Below, in pieces: positions 13,204 through 35,425 of a stretch of 64,000 nucleotides of DNA (within the stretch, counting starts at the first letter, position 1; every line of letters starts with the position of its first letter). A program made the position numbers and the translations under genes. Origin of the DNA: Salpingoeca rosetta (Eukaryota; Protista; Choanoflagellata); the NCBI GenBank assembly GCA_033442325.1, contig JAWQFM010000024.1, positions 347,436 to 411,435 on the forward strand, in the 5' to 3' direction. The notes under the pieces were generated by a model that saw only the letters and a list, made by a program, of their open reading frames with translations, searched no databases and was not told where the DNA came from.

Positions 13204-15306
13204 GCAACTTCAACAATATTATCATCATCATGTGCAGGTGTGCGAGGCGAGTACCTGCTGGTGCTGGTGGCGGCGGTCCCGTTGGCAGTAGCGCTGACTG
13301 CGGCGTCTCTGACGTGAGCTTGTCAGCAGCCGTCGTGTCAATCATGCCAAGACGCAGCAGCGCCTAATGCACGTGTGTGTGTGTGTGCGATGTGTGTGTG
13401 TGTGTGTGTGTGTGGGTGCGATGTGTGTGTGGGTGCGATGTGTGTGTTGTGTGTGTGTGTGTGTGAGTGCGATGTGTGTGTTGTGTGTGTGTGACCGTGA
13501 TGTGTGATGTGTGTGTGTGTGAGGGAAATGTGTGAGCGTGTGTGTGTGTGTGTGTGAGTGAGCGTGAGTGAGCGAGTGTGTGGGTGTGTTTTCGGTTGTG
13601 TGAATGCGCGTTTTGTGTTTCCACGCACTCGCACACGATGGCGCGATTCAAGTAATCGCAGGATCATGCACAGGAGACAAACCCGAACCTTCACAAAGGC
13701 GTATGCCAGCTGCGGCTGTGATGCAAGCAGCGCCCTGGCCTCACGCGGTTGCTTCATGGCAAAGCCCTTTAACAAGCACACCACCGACGCGCACGTGCAT
13801 GTGTCAAGTCAGTGACAAAGCGCAGAACAGCAGCAAAAACAAAACCACAACCCAAAAACACCAGCAAACGATCATACATGAAACACACGCACACACACAC
13901 ACACACACACGAACCTTCATTTGTTTCATTGTCTGATGGACTTTGTGCACGGGTGCCTTCTCGAGTGTGTCTGCAATCTTGGACGCGTTCCCACCAGCAG
14001 GGCCACTCTCCCCATACAACTTTGACTGCGACAGAGGGTACACGCCAAGGGTACGTGAGTGCCGCCTGAACAAAGCTTCAACAAGAATGACACAAAACAG
14101 ACGTGCTGTACCACACAACAGCGCTGCACAACAAAACACGCAAGTACACAACACCATACACAGCACAGCGCCTTACATCCGCACAATACACGGCACAATA
14201 CAAACCACAAAACACGCACCCGCTTTGCCTCTGGCTCGCCAGTGTCCTTGCGTGCGGGCTCGTGTGCGCTGCGGCCGTGCCCGTGGTCGTGGCCGTGGTC
14301 GTGTCTGTGGTGATGGCCGTGATGGCGCGGTTCCCGCTGCGAGCGCGGTGTCGCCAAATCCACGCGCAGTGGCCTATCTCTCAACTGTAGAGCAGTTGGC
14401 AGCGATTGGGGCGGCAGTTTGCAGGGGTTTCTCACAACTATGAGTCGACCTCTCAATACAACTGAACACATATATAGCGCCCTACCACAAAGAGACGACA
14501 CGCGCACACACACACATGGGGAGCGTGCATTCAAGACCACGTGCGGGGACAATTCTGCAGCAGAGCGTACGTACCGGTTGTCCGCTGAGATTACGCACAG
14601 CACTCTCGGCAGCAGCGGCATCCTGCGTCGTTTTGAGGTCACAATCAAGCACAAATGCGGCGCGATATGAATCAAACAAGATCGCAAGTTCATCGCTTCA
14701 CCAAGCACACAAACACACACACACAAACACACAAACACACAAACACACAAACACACGCGCGCGCGCACATACACACACACACACACAAACACAAACACAC
14801 GCACGTGCGCAAGAGGGCATGTGTTGTATGCTCGCTTGCTAACTGCTCACTCACGAGAAAGTAGCAGAACCCAAAGCCCTTTGAGCGGCCTGTGTTCTGG
14901 TCTGTGATCAAGCTGCACACGATGGAAGCGCGGATTTTGCGTGAGTCTGAGCAAGGATGAGCCAACCCACACAAATACGAGGCAAAGCCAAACCACAACC
15001 GGGGACAGTACATGTGCAGGCAAGTGTCACAGGGTACACTCACTGGAAGTTCTTGACATCGCCAACGGCAGAGAAGAACTTAATCAGCTCTTCCTCCGTT
15101 GCTTCGTAGGGAATGTTTCCCACTGCACGCCACAAGCAGAGAAGCAAGAAGGTGAATTCAAGTGCGTCGAAGTGCTCACGTGACAGAGAAAAGACCTCGG
15201 AGACGGGGAGGCCGACACGGGGGATGACAAACTGAGAGTGAGAGAGAGGGAGGGAGAGAGGGAGATAGAGCCACGCACGCGTCCGTCCTTCATTCATCCT
15301 CGCCAT
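11900..15306 (-). CDS. CSTF2: Cleavage stimulation factor 64 kDa subunit (CstF-64/Rna15); start codon uncertain
   Basis: RRM exons VGNIPYEATEEELIKFFSAVGDVKNF / LITDQNTGRSKGFGFCYF / DAAAAESAVRNLSG / LRDRPLRVDLA. Hinge domain KIADTLEKAPVHKVHQTMKQMK / QPREARALLASQPQLAYAFVK / ALLRLGMID. Pro/Arg-rich linker. C-terminal CSTF_C-like ELDKKEVIETALRMSEEEISRMPAHLADALRKIRRKFGMA*. Confidence 0.9.
13129..13201. repeat. (CAA)n microsatellite in CSTF2 intron
   Basis: Direct observation. Confidence 0.95.
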
Positions 15307-15484
15307 GAACACCAGCACATGCACACATGACCACATGCACATGACCACAACTCACCCCACACTGAAGTCGGTGCAGCCATCGTCGTTGTCGTTCACACAC
15401 ACACACACACGCTTGCTGACAGAGCGACTTCGGAAAATTGGTGTATGCAGACGCTATTTTTCTTACATGCGAACTGAGCGCAAG

Positions 15485-24706
<9,222 letters not shown>

Positions 24707-24721
24707 ACGCCCGCGTGTGCT

Positions 24722-24768
<47 letters not shown>

Positions 24769-25082
24769 CGCGTACTTGTGTGTTCCTGCAGAGCCTTTAT
24801 GACGTCTTTCTTTGTTACACAACGACGCCATCTGTAGAGTGGGCACAGCTCCAGATCCAGAGATCCATAACCACACACACGCGCGCGCGCACACACACAC
24901 ACACACATACACACGATCTCCCTTTGTTTGTGGAGGATGACAGCGCAAAGGTGTTCAACATCATGGTCACCCACACAAACAAGTCCTTCGAAGAAACCCT
25001 GGCTGGCTGGGTTTTGGAGGGGAGGACAGCGAGTCATCATCATCATCAACGACAACAACTTCGCGACAGCACACAAACAGGC

Positions 25083-25953
25083 ATGCGTGGGTTGGTGTGC
25101 TGGTGGTGTGGCTTGCATGGAGGGACCCACAGCAGCAATGCCAGCGTCCCAGTCACACCACACTCCAGCATCGACTGCCTGGATCAAACCGTGTTGTCTG
25201 GGCTGCCCGTTGACCTGATAGCGTTGGTGGTGCTGACATGCATCAGCCCGCTGGTCATCGTGAGCAGCAGTCACAGCAGCAGCAGAGACAGTAGACGCGG
25301 TGGGCGACGGCGAGGAGGGCGTGCACCGCGCCAGTCCGCCGTGGGGAAGATCATCACGCGGCTGCTGCAAGTGGGCGTGCTTGCCCTGATCGCTGCCAGC
25401 TTCGTTCCATTGAAGGACCAAGGCCCGCTGCCGCCCGTGATCTGGTGTGTGTGCGCTGTGCGGGTGTGCCTGCTCTTGGCAACCCTGCCTGTGCTGCAGT
25501 TCGCCTGGCGGTCGTGGACCGTGCGGTGGTTCCTTCCCTTCGCCTGGACAGCCACAGCCGCACTTCGCCTCTCCTCCTTAATTGCACGGCACCACTGGCC
25601 ACACAAACACGTGCATTGGGACAACCACGTCGCCGTGGCGTCTGCTTCCGTCATGCTCGCCATGGTTGCCACGCAGATGCTCAGGACCATCGGCACCACG
25701 CGTTGCTGCCGCCAATGCGTCACCCCACAGCACCGCAAGCGCGCGTATGCGCAAAGAAAGCAATCCTGCCCAATCTGTAAAGGCCCCTCCTCCTCCTCCT
25801 CCTCACGCCTGCCGGAGGAGCAGCAGCCTCTCATTGGCAGCCAGGGCATTCGTCGCATGCACGTGCAAGGCGAGCCGACATACATCCTTCCACAGCGACA
25901 ATCTTCAACGGCCAGTGCCACGCAACGAGCCGCCCTTCTGCGCACGTTCACCC

Positions 25954-25985
<32 letters not shown>

Positions 25986-28124
25986 ACCCACAGCACCGAT
26001 GACGAGAACGGCACGCTGCCTGGGCCCGTTGGCAGTGCAGCACAGCAACGACGACTCAGCCAGCGTTCATCCACCGCAAGAACTCCACACCACTCCGACC
26101 TGGACTGGCAGCTGCAAGCACAGGTTCGCATCAGCAACGAAGGCAGCCTTCACGTACACGCAACGAAGCACGCCGTTGTCAGCGGTGGCTACAATGCCTG
26201 TGATGCCTATGACGATGGTGATGGCGATGATGAGGTCGATGGAGACATCGAAGACGCCAGTAGTGCCTGGTGGGACGGTGATCACCCTGCGTATCCTTGC
26301 CGGCACCGCAACCATGCCGGCCGTCTCTCCTACAGCAACAACAACAGCAGTAGCAGCGATGACAGTGGCAGCAACAGCGCCAGCAGCATTGAACAGCCAC
26401 AGGGTGGCAACCAGTGGCACGGCAGACAGCGCAACGGCCCGGCAAGAAGCCCGCCGATGCATGCGGGCGGTAGACACGACGAGCACAGCGACACCCAAGA
26501 TGGTGACACTGGCGCTGAGGAGGGAGACTCATCCGCCTTCCACCATCTCCCAGCCGTGAGCGCAGGGTGCAGCGGTATCAACGGCGGTGGTGGCGGTGAT
26601 GACCCCCACAGCAGCGAGGATGACCGCGGTCACCATTATCCAGTGCACGAGCACCAGCACCAGCAGCACACTGCGTCCACGAGTGCCGCGTCAATAGCTC
26701 GTAACCCAGAAGACGGGGCAAGCCTGTTTGGTCGCCTGTTCTTCACGTGGCTGTGGCGGCTGCTGAAGCGAGGGTACAGGCGACACGGGCTGACGCCGAG
26801 CGATGTGCCTGTTCTGTCGCTTGCTGACCAGTCGCGCCACTTGCATCGCACATTCATGCGCCAACTTCAACAGCACAAACGACAACAGCAGCAGCAGCAG
26901 CAGCGACGCAACAAGCAAGCCCCAAAGCCATCTGCACTCCTCAGCGTCAACGCAATCGGCGCCGACATCAGCAGCACCGTCAACACGACAACCGTCACAG
27001 TGTGGCAGCTGGTGAAGCAGGCACACGCGTCAGCAGGGCATCTGTTCCACCTCTCCGCACTGCTCGTGCTGGTGTCAACTGTGGCGTCGTTCGGCATGCC
27101 GTTCATCATGAAGGCGCTCTTGGATGAGCTTGAGCGAGCCAGCAGTGACCCGGGCCCACACAACAGCACGGCCAACGCCAGCACCGCTGCCTGTGCTCAA
27201 ACCCTCGGCTGCGGCCACTCAAGCCGCAATGACAGCGGCGCGTTCGGCGTGCACCTTGCACAGCGATGCTTGCAGGCAGACGTGGACGGCACGCGTGCAT
27301 ATGCGTTGGCAGTGGCGCTCTTTCTCTGCACCGTCCTCCAGTCCGTGTGCGAGCACCAGTTTTGGGTGCTGGGCCAGCGCTGTGCGCTGCACATACGCAC
27401 GATGCTGATGAGTGCCATCTTCGCCAAAGCGCTGGACTTGCCTGCCGCTGCCTTCAACCGGCTCTCTGAGGGGTACCTTGCCAACCTCTTGCTGGTGGAC
27501 GCAGGCCGCGTCTTTGACACTTTTGTCATCCCCAACTTGCACTGGGGCACGTGGTGCTCGGCGCTCATCTTGAGCGTTGCCCTCTACTTCCTCACGACGT
27601 ACCTGGGCGTGGCTGCGCTCTGTGGGCTGGGTATGTTTGTCGTCACGTGGCCTGTGGCCTCCCTCGTCGCACGCGTGGTCAAGCGACATAGCGCGTCCGT
27701 GCAGCAGCTACGCGACAAGCGCGCACGCATGTTGCAGTCTGCGCTGGGCATGATGCGAGTGATCAAGGCGTACTGCTGGGAGACGTGGGTCTCCCAAACG
27801 GTGACGCGCGTGCGGGATCGCGAAGTGGCGTTTCAGAAGCGCAAACAGCTCGCCGCTGCTGTCCTCAACTTTGTCGTCGTGAGCGGTCGCACCCTGGCGC
27901 CCTGCCTCAGCTTCCTTGCCTTTGCGTTCCTCAACAAAGACACTGCGCTGCAGGCGTCAACGGCGTTTGCCTGCCTCACCTGGTACAACTTGCTGCGCCG
28001 GCCCATGGCCTTTCTCCCCAACGCCATCACCAACACCATGGACGTCGTCGTCAGCTGGCGTCGCATCGCCTCCGTCCTCAGCCACCCAGTGCGTTTGCGT
28101 TTGCGTTTGCTTTGTTTGTGCGTG

Positions 28125-28163
<39 letters not shown>

Positions 28164-28792
28164 TGCGTTGTGTGTGTGTGTGTGTGTGTGCGAATGTGCA
28201 AGAGCGTGCGAGAGTGTGTGCGTGTGTGCAACGAGCACGACACTGAGTATTGTGCACCGTGCATTAGACCTTATGTTGCGCCTTGGTGACACGCGCCTGT
28301 GACGTAATCTCCATTGCTCCTAGTGCTTTGCACACAAACTCACATCTGGTTCCTGGTGCTGCAACCCCTTCTCGTTTCCACCATGCACCCCTCGCTCTGC
28401 TCACCACCACGTGCAGACACACGAGGACCTGGCGATGCGGCCCGGGCGTCGCACGCGTGCTGGCCAGCGACCACCATCGCCTCTCCGCCGGCAGCAGCGC
28501 AGTATCCTGCCACCACCACCAACAACAACAACGACAACGACGACAACGACAACAACACGCTTGCAGCAGCAGCACCGACAGCCAATGCAGCCACGACAAC
28601 AGCAACAACCACACGGCAGCAGCTACGGTAGCAATGCTGCTACTACCCTTGTGAGTGATGACAGCAATGGTGGTGGTGGTGGTGGTGACGAAATGACGCC
28701 AACGCGAGGTGCCACTGTCTCCAACAACAGCCCCAGTGACAGGATCCGTGACCACGACCACCGCCATCGCTATCACCGCCACCGCCGCCGTC

Positions 28793-28825
<33 letters not shown>

Positions 28826-31120
28826 TGTCGCTCCTGCCGCGAACAGGGCCGTGTTTGGTCCTCGACAGCATCACGGCATCATGGTCCGCACAGCCAACAG
28901 CTGACTCCGTCCTGCAGCACGTGTCGATGGAGGTAGCAGCGCACGTTGTGTTTTGTTTTGCATGCATGCATGCACGCATATGTGTTTTGTACTTCCTTCA
29001 TTCGCGGTGGTATTCGCGCTCACCATATTTTGTTGTTGTTGTTGTCTACAGGTGTACGCTGGCGAGCTGGTTGTGATTACGGGCCCTCTTGGTGGTGGAA
29101 AGTCGTCCATTCTCGCCGCCGTGACGCAAGATTTGTTTATCCGGACAGGCCGCGTGCACGTGCGCGGAAAAGTTGCTGTTGTCCCGCAACAGCCCTGGCT
29201 GCAATCCGTCTCAATCCGTGACAACATTGTGTTTGGGCAATCCTTCCGCCACGGGTGGTACCAGCAGGTCATCGCAGCATGTGGGCTCGGTAAACACCTT
29301 GGATCTCTCGCGTGAACTTGCACGTCTGTGCAGTATTGTTTTGTGCTTGTGGCCTTGAACGGTTGGCGCGCGCGTGTGTGTATGTATGTATGTATGTATG
29401 TATGTATGTATGTATGTATGTATGTATGTATGTATGTATGTATGTATGTATGTATGTATGTATGTATGTATGTATGTGCGTGTGTGTATGTGTGTATGTA
29501 TGTGTATGTATGTGAGTGTGTGTGTATGTGTAAGTCTGTGTTGAAGATTTGTGTGCGCTATGCAATGGCCACGATGCATGTATGCGCTCTTGGTGCGGTT
29601 GCTGGCAATGCCTTGCTCCAGTCTCACACCCCACGTTCCTCACGACACCAACCCTACCCTTTCTCCCCAAACAACCCGCTCCCTTTTCACCCTCTTCTCC
29701 TCCCCCGCTTCCCCCCGCCAAAAAAAAAAAATTACGCTGCGTAGCGGGTGACCTGGCCTCACTGCCGCAGGGCGATGCGACGGTGCTAGAGGACGACGGC
29801 TCCAACATCAGCGGTGGGCAGCGACAACGTGTTGCCCTCGCGCGTGCCGTGTACGCACGGCCCGACATTGTGCTGTTGGATGATGTCCTTGCGAGCTTGG
29901 ATGCAGCAACAAGCACCTACATCTTTGAGCGGTGCCTGTGCGGACTGCTGAAGAAGGCAACCCGCATTCTCATCACACACAACCCAGCCATCATCACCAG
30001 CGAGCATGTGAGCCGTGTGTTTACGGTTGCGCAGGGCCGCTGCTTTGCCACCACTCCAGCAGCAGCAACCATTTCCACCCTTGGTGCTGCATTGACAGCG
30101 GACCCCATGCATCAAGCGCAGACCGTTTCGTCCGTTGAGCACGTGCTCTCGACTTCCCCATCCTTCTCAACAACACCCACGGCAACAACAAGCGAGGCGC
30201 CCATGTCCTCTGCAGCTGTGCTTGCACGCACCCTGCAAACACCGGTACCGTCCATCGTGGTACATGACAGCACGGTTGCCACAAACAACAGCCTCACCAG
30301 CAACGCCAACAGTAGCAGCAGCAACAGCAGCCACCACGCGACCCGACCACAAAGCACAACACCATCTCGCTACAGCTCGCAGCACAGCGGCCACCCGTCA
30401 CTGTCACGGCCCAGCAGCAGCAGCACACGCGTGTCCGAGACCATTTCACGGTCCCGAAGCAGCACGGTGCTGAATGTGGAGTCGCTTGAAGCGTTTGAAC
30501 TCATTGACGCTGCCGGCATCCCTGATGACTTTGATGGAGATGAGGGCGTTGGTGGCGGTGCCGTGTCCTGGCCAGCCATCAAAGAGTACCTGCGTGGGTT
30601 CGGGTCACCGGCGTACGTGTGTGCGCTTGTGGCCGCCATGCTTTGCTTTCCTGCGTCCAACGTGGTCAACAACTGGTGGCTGTCCGTCTGGGTGAACGAC
30701 GACAGCAGCACGCACTCGGGGTCCTTCTACGTGTACGTTTATCTTGGCATCGGGGCAGCGACGTCGTTGGTCACGCTCACACGCAACTGGCTGTTTGTGA
30801 TTGGCGTTGTTCATGCAGCCAAGCAGCTGCACGCGCACCTGCTCAGCTCTGTACTTGCGCTGCCGTGCTCGTTCTTCGACACACGGCCGTTGAGCCGCGT
30901 GCTGAACCGCTTTGTCAAGGACATGGCGACGGTTGACGAGAGCATTCCGTCTGTTCTCAATTACCTCACGCAGACGTCGCTGACACTCGTCGCTACCTTG
31001 ATCATCGTGGCGTGGGTCACCCCGTATGTGCTCGTTGCGCTTGTTGTCATCGTCGTTCCGACGTTTGTAATCGCCCAGTACTTTCGGTGAGCCGGCCTTG
31101 ATGCACCACGCTTGGCGTGC

Positions 31121-31176
<56 letters not shown>

Positions 31177-32030
31177 CATGTGTGTGTGTGTATGAATGAA
31201 CCATGATGTGCTGTGGGTGTTTGCGTTCAAAGTGCGTTTCGGTACATGTTCTTATCAAGCAGCTCACTGCCACCACACCTGCCACCTTCACTGCCACCAT
31301 CACTTCCACCACACTTGCCACCACTTTCCACATCACACCTGCCACGACCCCCTCAAATCACTGCAACCGCAATCACGGCGTCAGCTGGTCTGCGCGCGAC
31401 CTTCGACGAATGCAGAGCGCGGCACGCTCGCCGCTGCTCACGTTTTTGCACGAGTGCATCACAGGCATCACAGTTGTGCGCACACACCACCAGCGATCTC
31501 GCTTCATGCGCCGCTTCTTCGTGCTGCTTGATGACATCAACAAGTACGCATGGCACAGCCTGGCCGCAACGCAATGGGTGACGGTGTGGCTGGAGTTTAT
31601 CGGCGCCATCATTGTTCTCGCTTGCTCTGTCTTGACAGTTTACGGCCAGCGCTCCGGATTCATCACCTCAGGTAAGCAGGTGCCACGTGCACATATGCAT
31701 GTGGTGTGTGCGCATGGTGTGTGTATGGTGTGTGTGTGTGCATGATCGCGTTTGCTTGTGTGATTGCACATTCACATTAGACGTTGTGTGTACGTTGTGT
31801 GCTTCTGTGTGATGTGTTCGTGTTGTTGACAGCCTTTGCTCGTTGACTCAAAGCTCAACCATTTCTTCTGCACCATCAATGCATACCACAAACAGGCCAA
31901 GCGGGACTTGCATTGACCTATGTGGTACAGCTCCCAGGGATGATTGGCTGGTTTCTCAAGGAGACTTCTCAGGCAGAGGTACGGCAGAAAACCCAACACA
32001 CACGGGCTCAGCAGTTCGTGTGTATACTCG

Positions 32031-32065
<35 letters not shown>

Positions 32066-32911
32066 TGTGGACGCTTGTGGGTGTTGTTTGCGGGGTAACC
32101 TTGGTCCCGATCATCTATTCGTGTGCAATACACGCGCATGCGATCTCTCATACACACACTCACACTCACACTCACACTCACACTCACACTCACACTTGCA
32201 GGTGGAAGCTGTTGCCATTGAGCGGTGCTTCGAGTACGCGCACAACGCAACGTCAGATGTGTGGACCGTGCCTGATGATGACGATGATGACGATGACGAT
32301 GATACCGCAGTGCTGGCTGGTGCATGTGCATTTGGTGATGACGGTGATGATGGCAACCGCCGCGTTCGTGATGGCCTCAATCGAACGACTGCAACCTCAT
32401 CTTCATCTTCATCCTCATCAACATCAGCACCACAATCATCAACACGCATCGTGAAACCCCACATCGCTGATATCAACACCGAAGGCGCTGTGATGGTGAG
32501 TGGCAAGAGCGGTCCCCCGCGTCTCATTCTCAATGTATTTGCTTGCGTACGTGTGCATGTGTATGAAGACTTTGATCGCGGTACCAGATGTGTCCTGCCT
32601 CACATCTTCGTGGCTTCTTGCCCTGCGTGCTCGCGCGGATGTGTGTATGTGTGTGTGTGCGTGTGTGTGTGTGCGTTTCAGATGAAGAATGTGACGCTGA
32701 GCTATGCGCCCCAAGCCCAGCCTGTGCTGCGTGGTGTGTCCTGCTTCATTCCCGCTGGCTCAAAAGTCGCCGTTGTTGGCCCGAGCGGCGCTGGCAAATC
32801 AACGCTTTTTCTCGCCCTCCTGCGCATGTACCCATTTGCCGGCAAAATCACCATCTCAGGCATCGACATTGCAGGTGCGTCGGAGAGACGATGTGTGTGG
32901 GGGGGTTATAG

Positions 32912-32969
<58 letters not shown>

Positions 32970-33768
32970 GTGTGTGTGTTATAGTCGTGTGCATCTGTTT
33001 ACCTGTGCGAATGCACTCGCTAAGATGGATCGCGTGAAAGCACGGACCCACCTATCTCACCAACACCTCCCAACAATTTACACACACATTCACACACACG
33101 CGCACGCACAAACAAACAAACACACACGCACACGCACACGCACACATAATCTCACGTCACACAACCTCAGACGTGACTGTTGCTGAGCTGCGGTCGGGCT
33201 TGGTGACGCTGGTGCCGCAAGTACCATCACTCTTTGGTGACACCATCCGTGAGACCATTGCGGGTCCAGCATCAGAGGTACCGCCCCCAGCGCGGCACAG
33301 CCCACGTCGTCGCCGCAACCGTGGTCGTGGTGATGGTGGCGCGGGAGTCCTGATCACCGACTGGAGAGACGCGGTTGAGAGTTGCGACATTGGAGACGAC
33401 ACGGCATGTGGGGCTGCAGACGCGGCGGTGTGGAAAGTGCTGGAGGCAGTGGGACTGAAGGCGTTTGTGGCGGCGCTGCCACTGGGGCTGGACACACCAA
33501 TGGCGGGAGGGGATGACGACAACAGCGACGATGTTGAAGATAGCGGCAATGTTGGTGGTGGCGCTGAGGCGAAGGGTAGATGTAGGTTTGGTGGCGGGTG
33601 TGGTTGGCTGAAGGCAGAGAGAAGCCGCATAAGCGGGACAGTTGAGGTGATGCATGGAAATAGCAACGATAACAGACACGTAGTCGAGGAACACAGCGGT
33701 ATTCAGGCAAGCGACGAAGAAGATGAAAGCGACTCTGAACGTACACCATTGTTGGACGCACATGTGCG

Positions 33769-33817
<49 letters not shown>

Positions 33818-34438
33818 CCATTGCAAGGGGCGTTGTCGCATTCGTATGATCATGGTGGTCCAGTGCCTGTGACGATGAGCGCGGGGCAGCGACAGCTGCT
33901 GTCGCTTGCACGCGCCTTGTTTCGGCCAACACCTGTCCTGTTGTGCGACGAAATCACATCCAGCGTGGACGCCGAGACCGACAATGTCAGTAGATAGCAC
34001 ACATGGATATGTTTGGTTACATTTTGTGTATGTGCATGTGTGCTTGTGTTTGTGTGAGTGAGTGTGCGTGCATGAGAGTGTTGGTGAGAGTGAGAGGGAC
34101 TACCCAATTCAGGTGTCGTTGATGGAGATGTTTTCTTGTTTGTCATTAACGCTGTGAGCTCATCCTGCCTTGTTTTGCTGTTGCCTTGCTCACTCGCACA
34201 CATGCACACACGCACGCACGCGCGCACACACATACACATCGCACTGTAGGCGATCCATGACATTATATTGTCTCTGGACAACACGGTGTTCTCGATTTGT
34301 CACCGCCTAGCCCACGTTTCCCGCTTTGATCTTGTGATGGTGATGCAAGGGGGAGAGCTGGTAGATGTGCGTGCCCCGTCTGAGTTTGGGGCAACCTCCT
34401 TGTTTCAACACCTCGTGCGGCAGTCACAGCTAGCATGA
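25083..34438 (+). CDS. ABCC/MRP-type ABC transporter (TMD0-like, TMD1, NBD1, TMD2, NBD2) with long low-complexity inserts; start may be 24963
   Basis: Lasso motif NPEDGASLFGRLFFTWLWRLLKRGYRR. TMD1 MRVIKAYCWE. NBD1: GPLGGGKSS, VPQQPWLQSVSIRDNIVFG, NISGGQRQRVALARAVY, VLLDD, ITHN. TMD2: FFDTRPLSRVLNRFVKDMATVDE, RDLRRMQSAARSPLL, VAIER. NBD2: GPSGAGKST, MSAGQRQLLSLARALF, LLCDEITSSVD, ICHRL. Stop at 34436-34438. Confidence 0.93.
29380..29476. repeat. (TATG)n microsatellite, intronic
   Basis: Direct observation. Confidence 0.95.
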
Positions 34439-34559
34439 CAGGCACATCGTGTGATTGCAGCAGTCAGATGGGCACCGTGGTGACCACACTTTCGCTTTTT
34501 TTTGTCCATTGGTATCTGAAATAAACGAGTTACGGTGTGGCTGCGTAAGAGTAAGAGAG

Positions 34560-34577
34560 AGAGTGTGTGTGTGTGTG

Positions 34578-34667
<90 letters not shown>

Positions 34668-34689
34668 TGTTGTTGTGTGTGTGTGTGTG

Positions 34690-34725
<36 letters not shown>
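34560..34725. repeat. Compound (GT)n-(CT)n-(GT)n microsatellite, intergenic
   Basis: Direct observation. Confidence 0.95.
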
Positions 34726-34729
<4 letters not shown>

Positions 34730-34886
34730 ACGTGGATATGTCCGGGTTGTGTCGAGAGGACACGGTTACACGGAAAATTAGTTGTAAATGTGCAGAATCT
34801 TCGACCACCATCAACCAGGATGACGTCACGACACGCCCACGCGACAGCTGACATGACTCGTACTTGTGTGTGTATGCACTTGCGCA

Positions 34887-34997
34887 CAGGTGGGATCTTT
34901 CGCGTCGACAAGTCGACATGTCGACAGATGGACCAGCTCCTTTGCTACTGCTTTGCTGCCGCCTTTTCTCCAGTCGACATGTCGACACGTGCACCTG
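34887..34997. repeat. Imperfect inverted repeat containing five GTCGAC hexamers and two perfect 14-bp palindromes GTCGACATGTCGAC
   Basis: GTCGAC at 34904; GTCGACATGTCGAC at 34912-34925 and 34973-34986; outer CAGGTG (34887) / CACCTG (34992-34997); inner TGGA/TCCA. Confidence 0.8.
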
Positions 34998-35425
34998 CAC
35001 ATTTGCTGTCACCCCAGCTTCCCCGCCCCCTCGACAGCCAACACACACAGAGCAAAGATTTCTTTTCAAACACTCATGATGATGGTCACCAACGCACACA
35101 GTGCTTTCGCGACAGCAGTGGTGCGGTGTTCTACTTGTGTTTGTGTGCTTAAGGTTGTGAACATGCGTGCGTGGCGGCGTTCTTGCGCTCGTATTTACGC
35201 TTGCGTTGATGTTGGTTGTAAGATTGTGGTGTGTGTGTGTGTGTGTGCGTGTGTGCATGTATGTGTGCGTTGGCTTTGCCATCGACAATGCCAGCGCATT
35301 AGTGTGACGCCAACCAGTGAGTTTGTCTCATTTTCGCGTCCCCGGCTCTGTTTGAACATCCCGTGCAATTGTAACTGACCAGAAGAACGCAGCTTTCCGC
35401 AAGGCCAGGCCGCACCAAGACCAAG

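Noticed and set aside
29810-33960. Degenerate ABC motifs (NBD1 Walker B DD, NBD2 signature MSAGQ)
   Set aside because: Normal asymmetry of ABCC transporters, not inactivation.
34904-34986. Repeated palindromes as a CRISPR-like array
   Set aside because: Only two 14-bp units, eukaryotic context, no cas genes.
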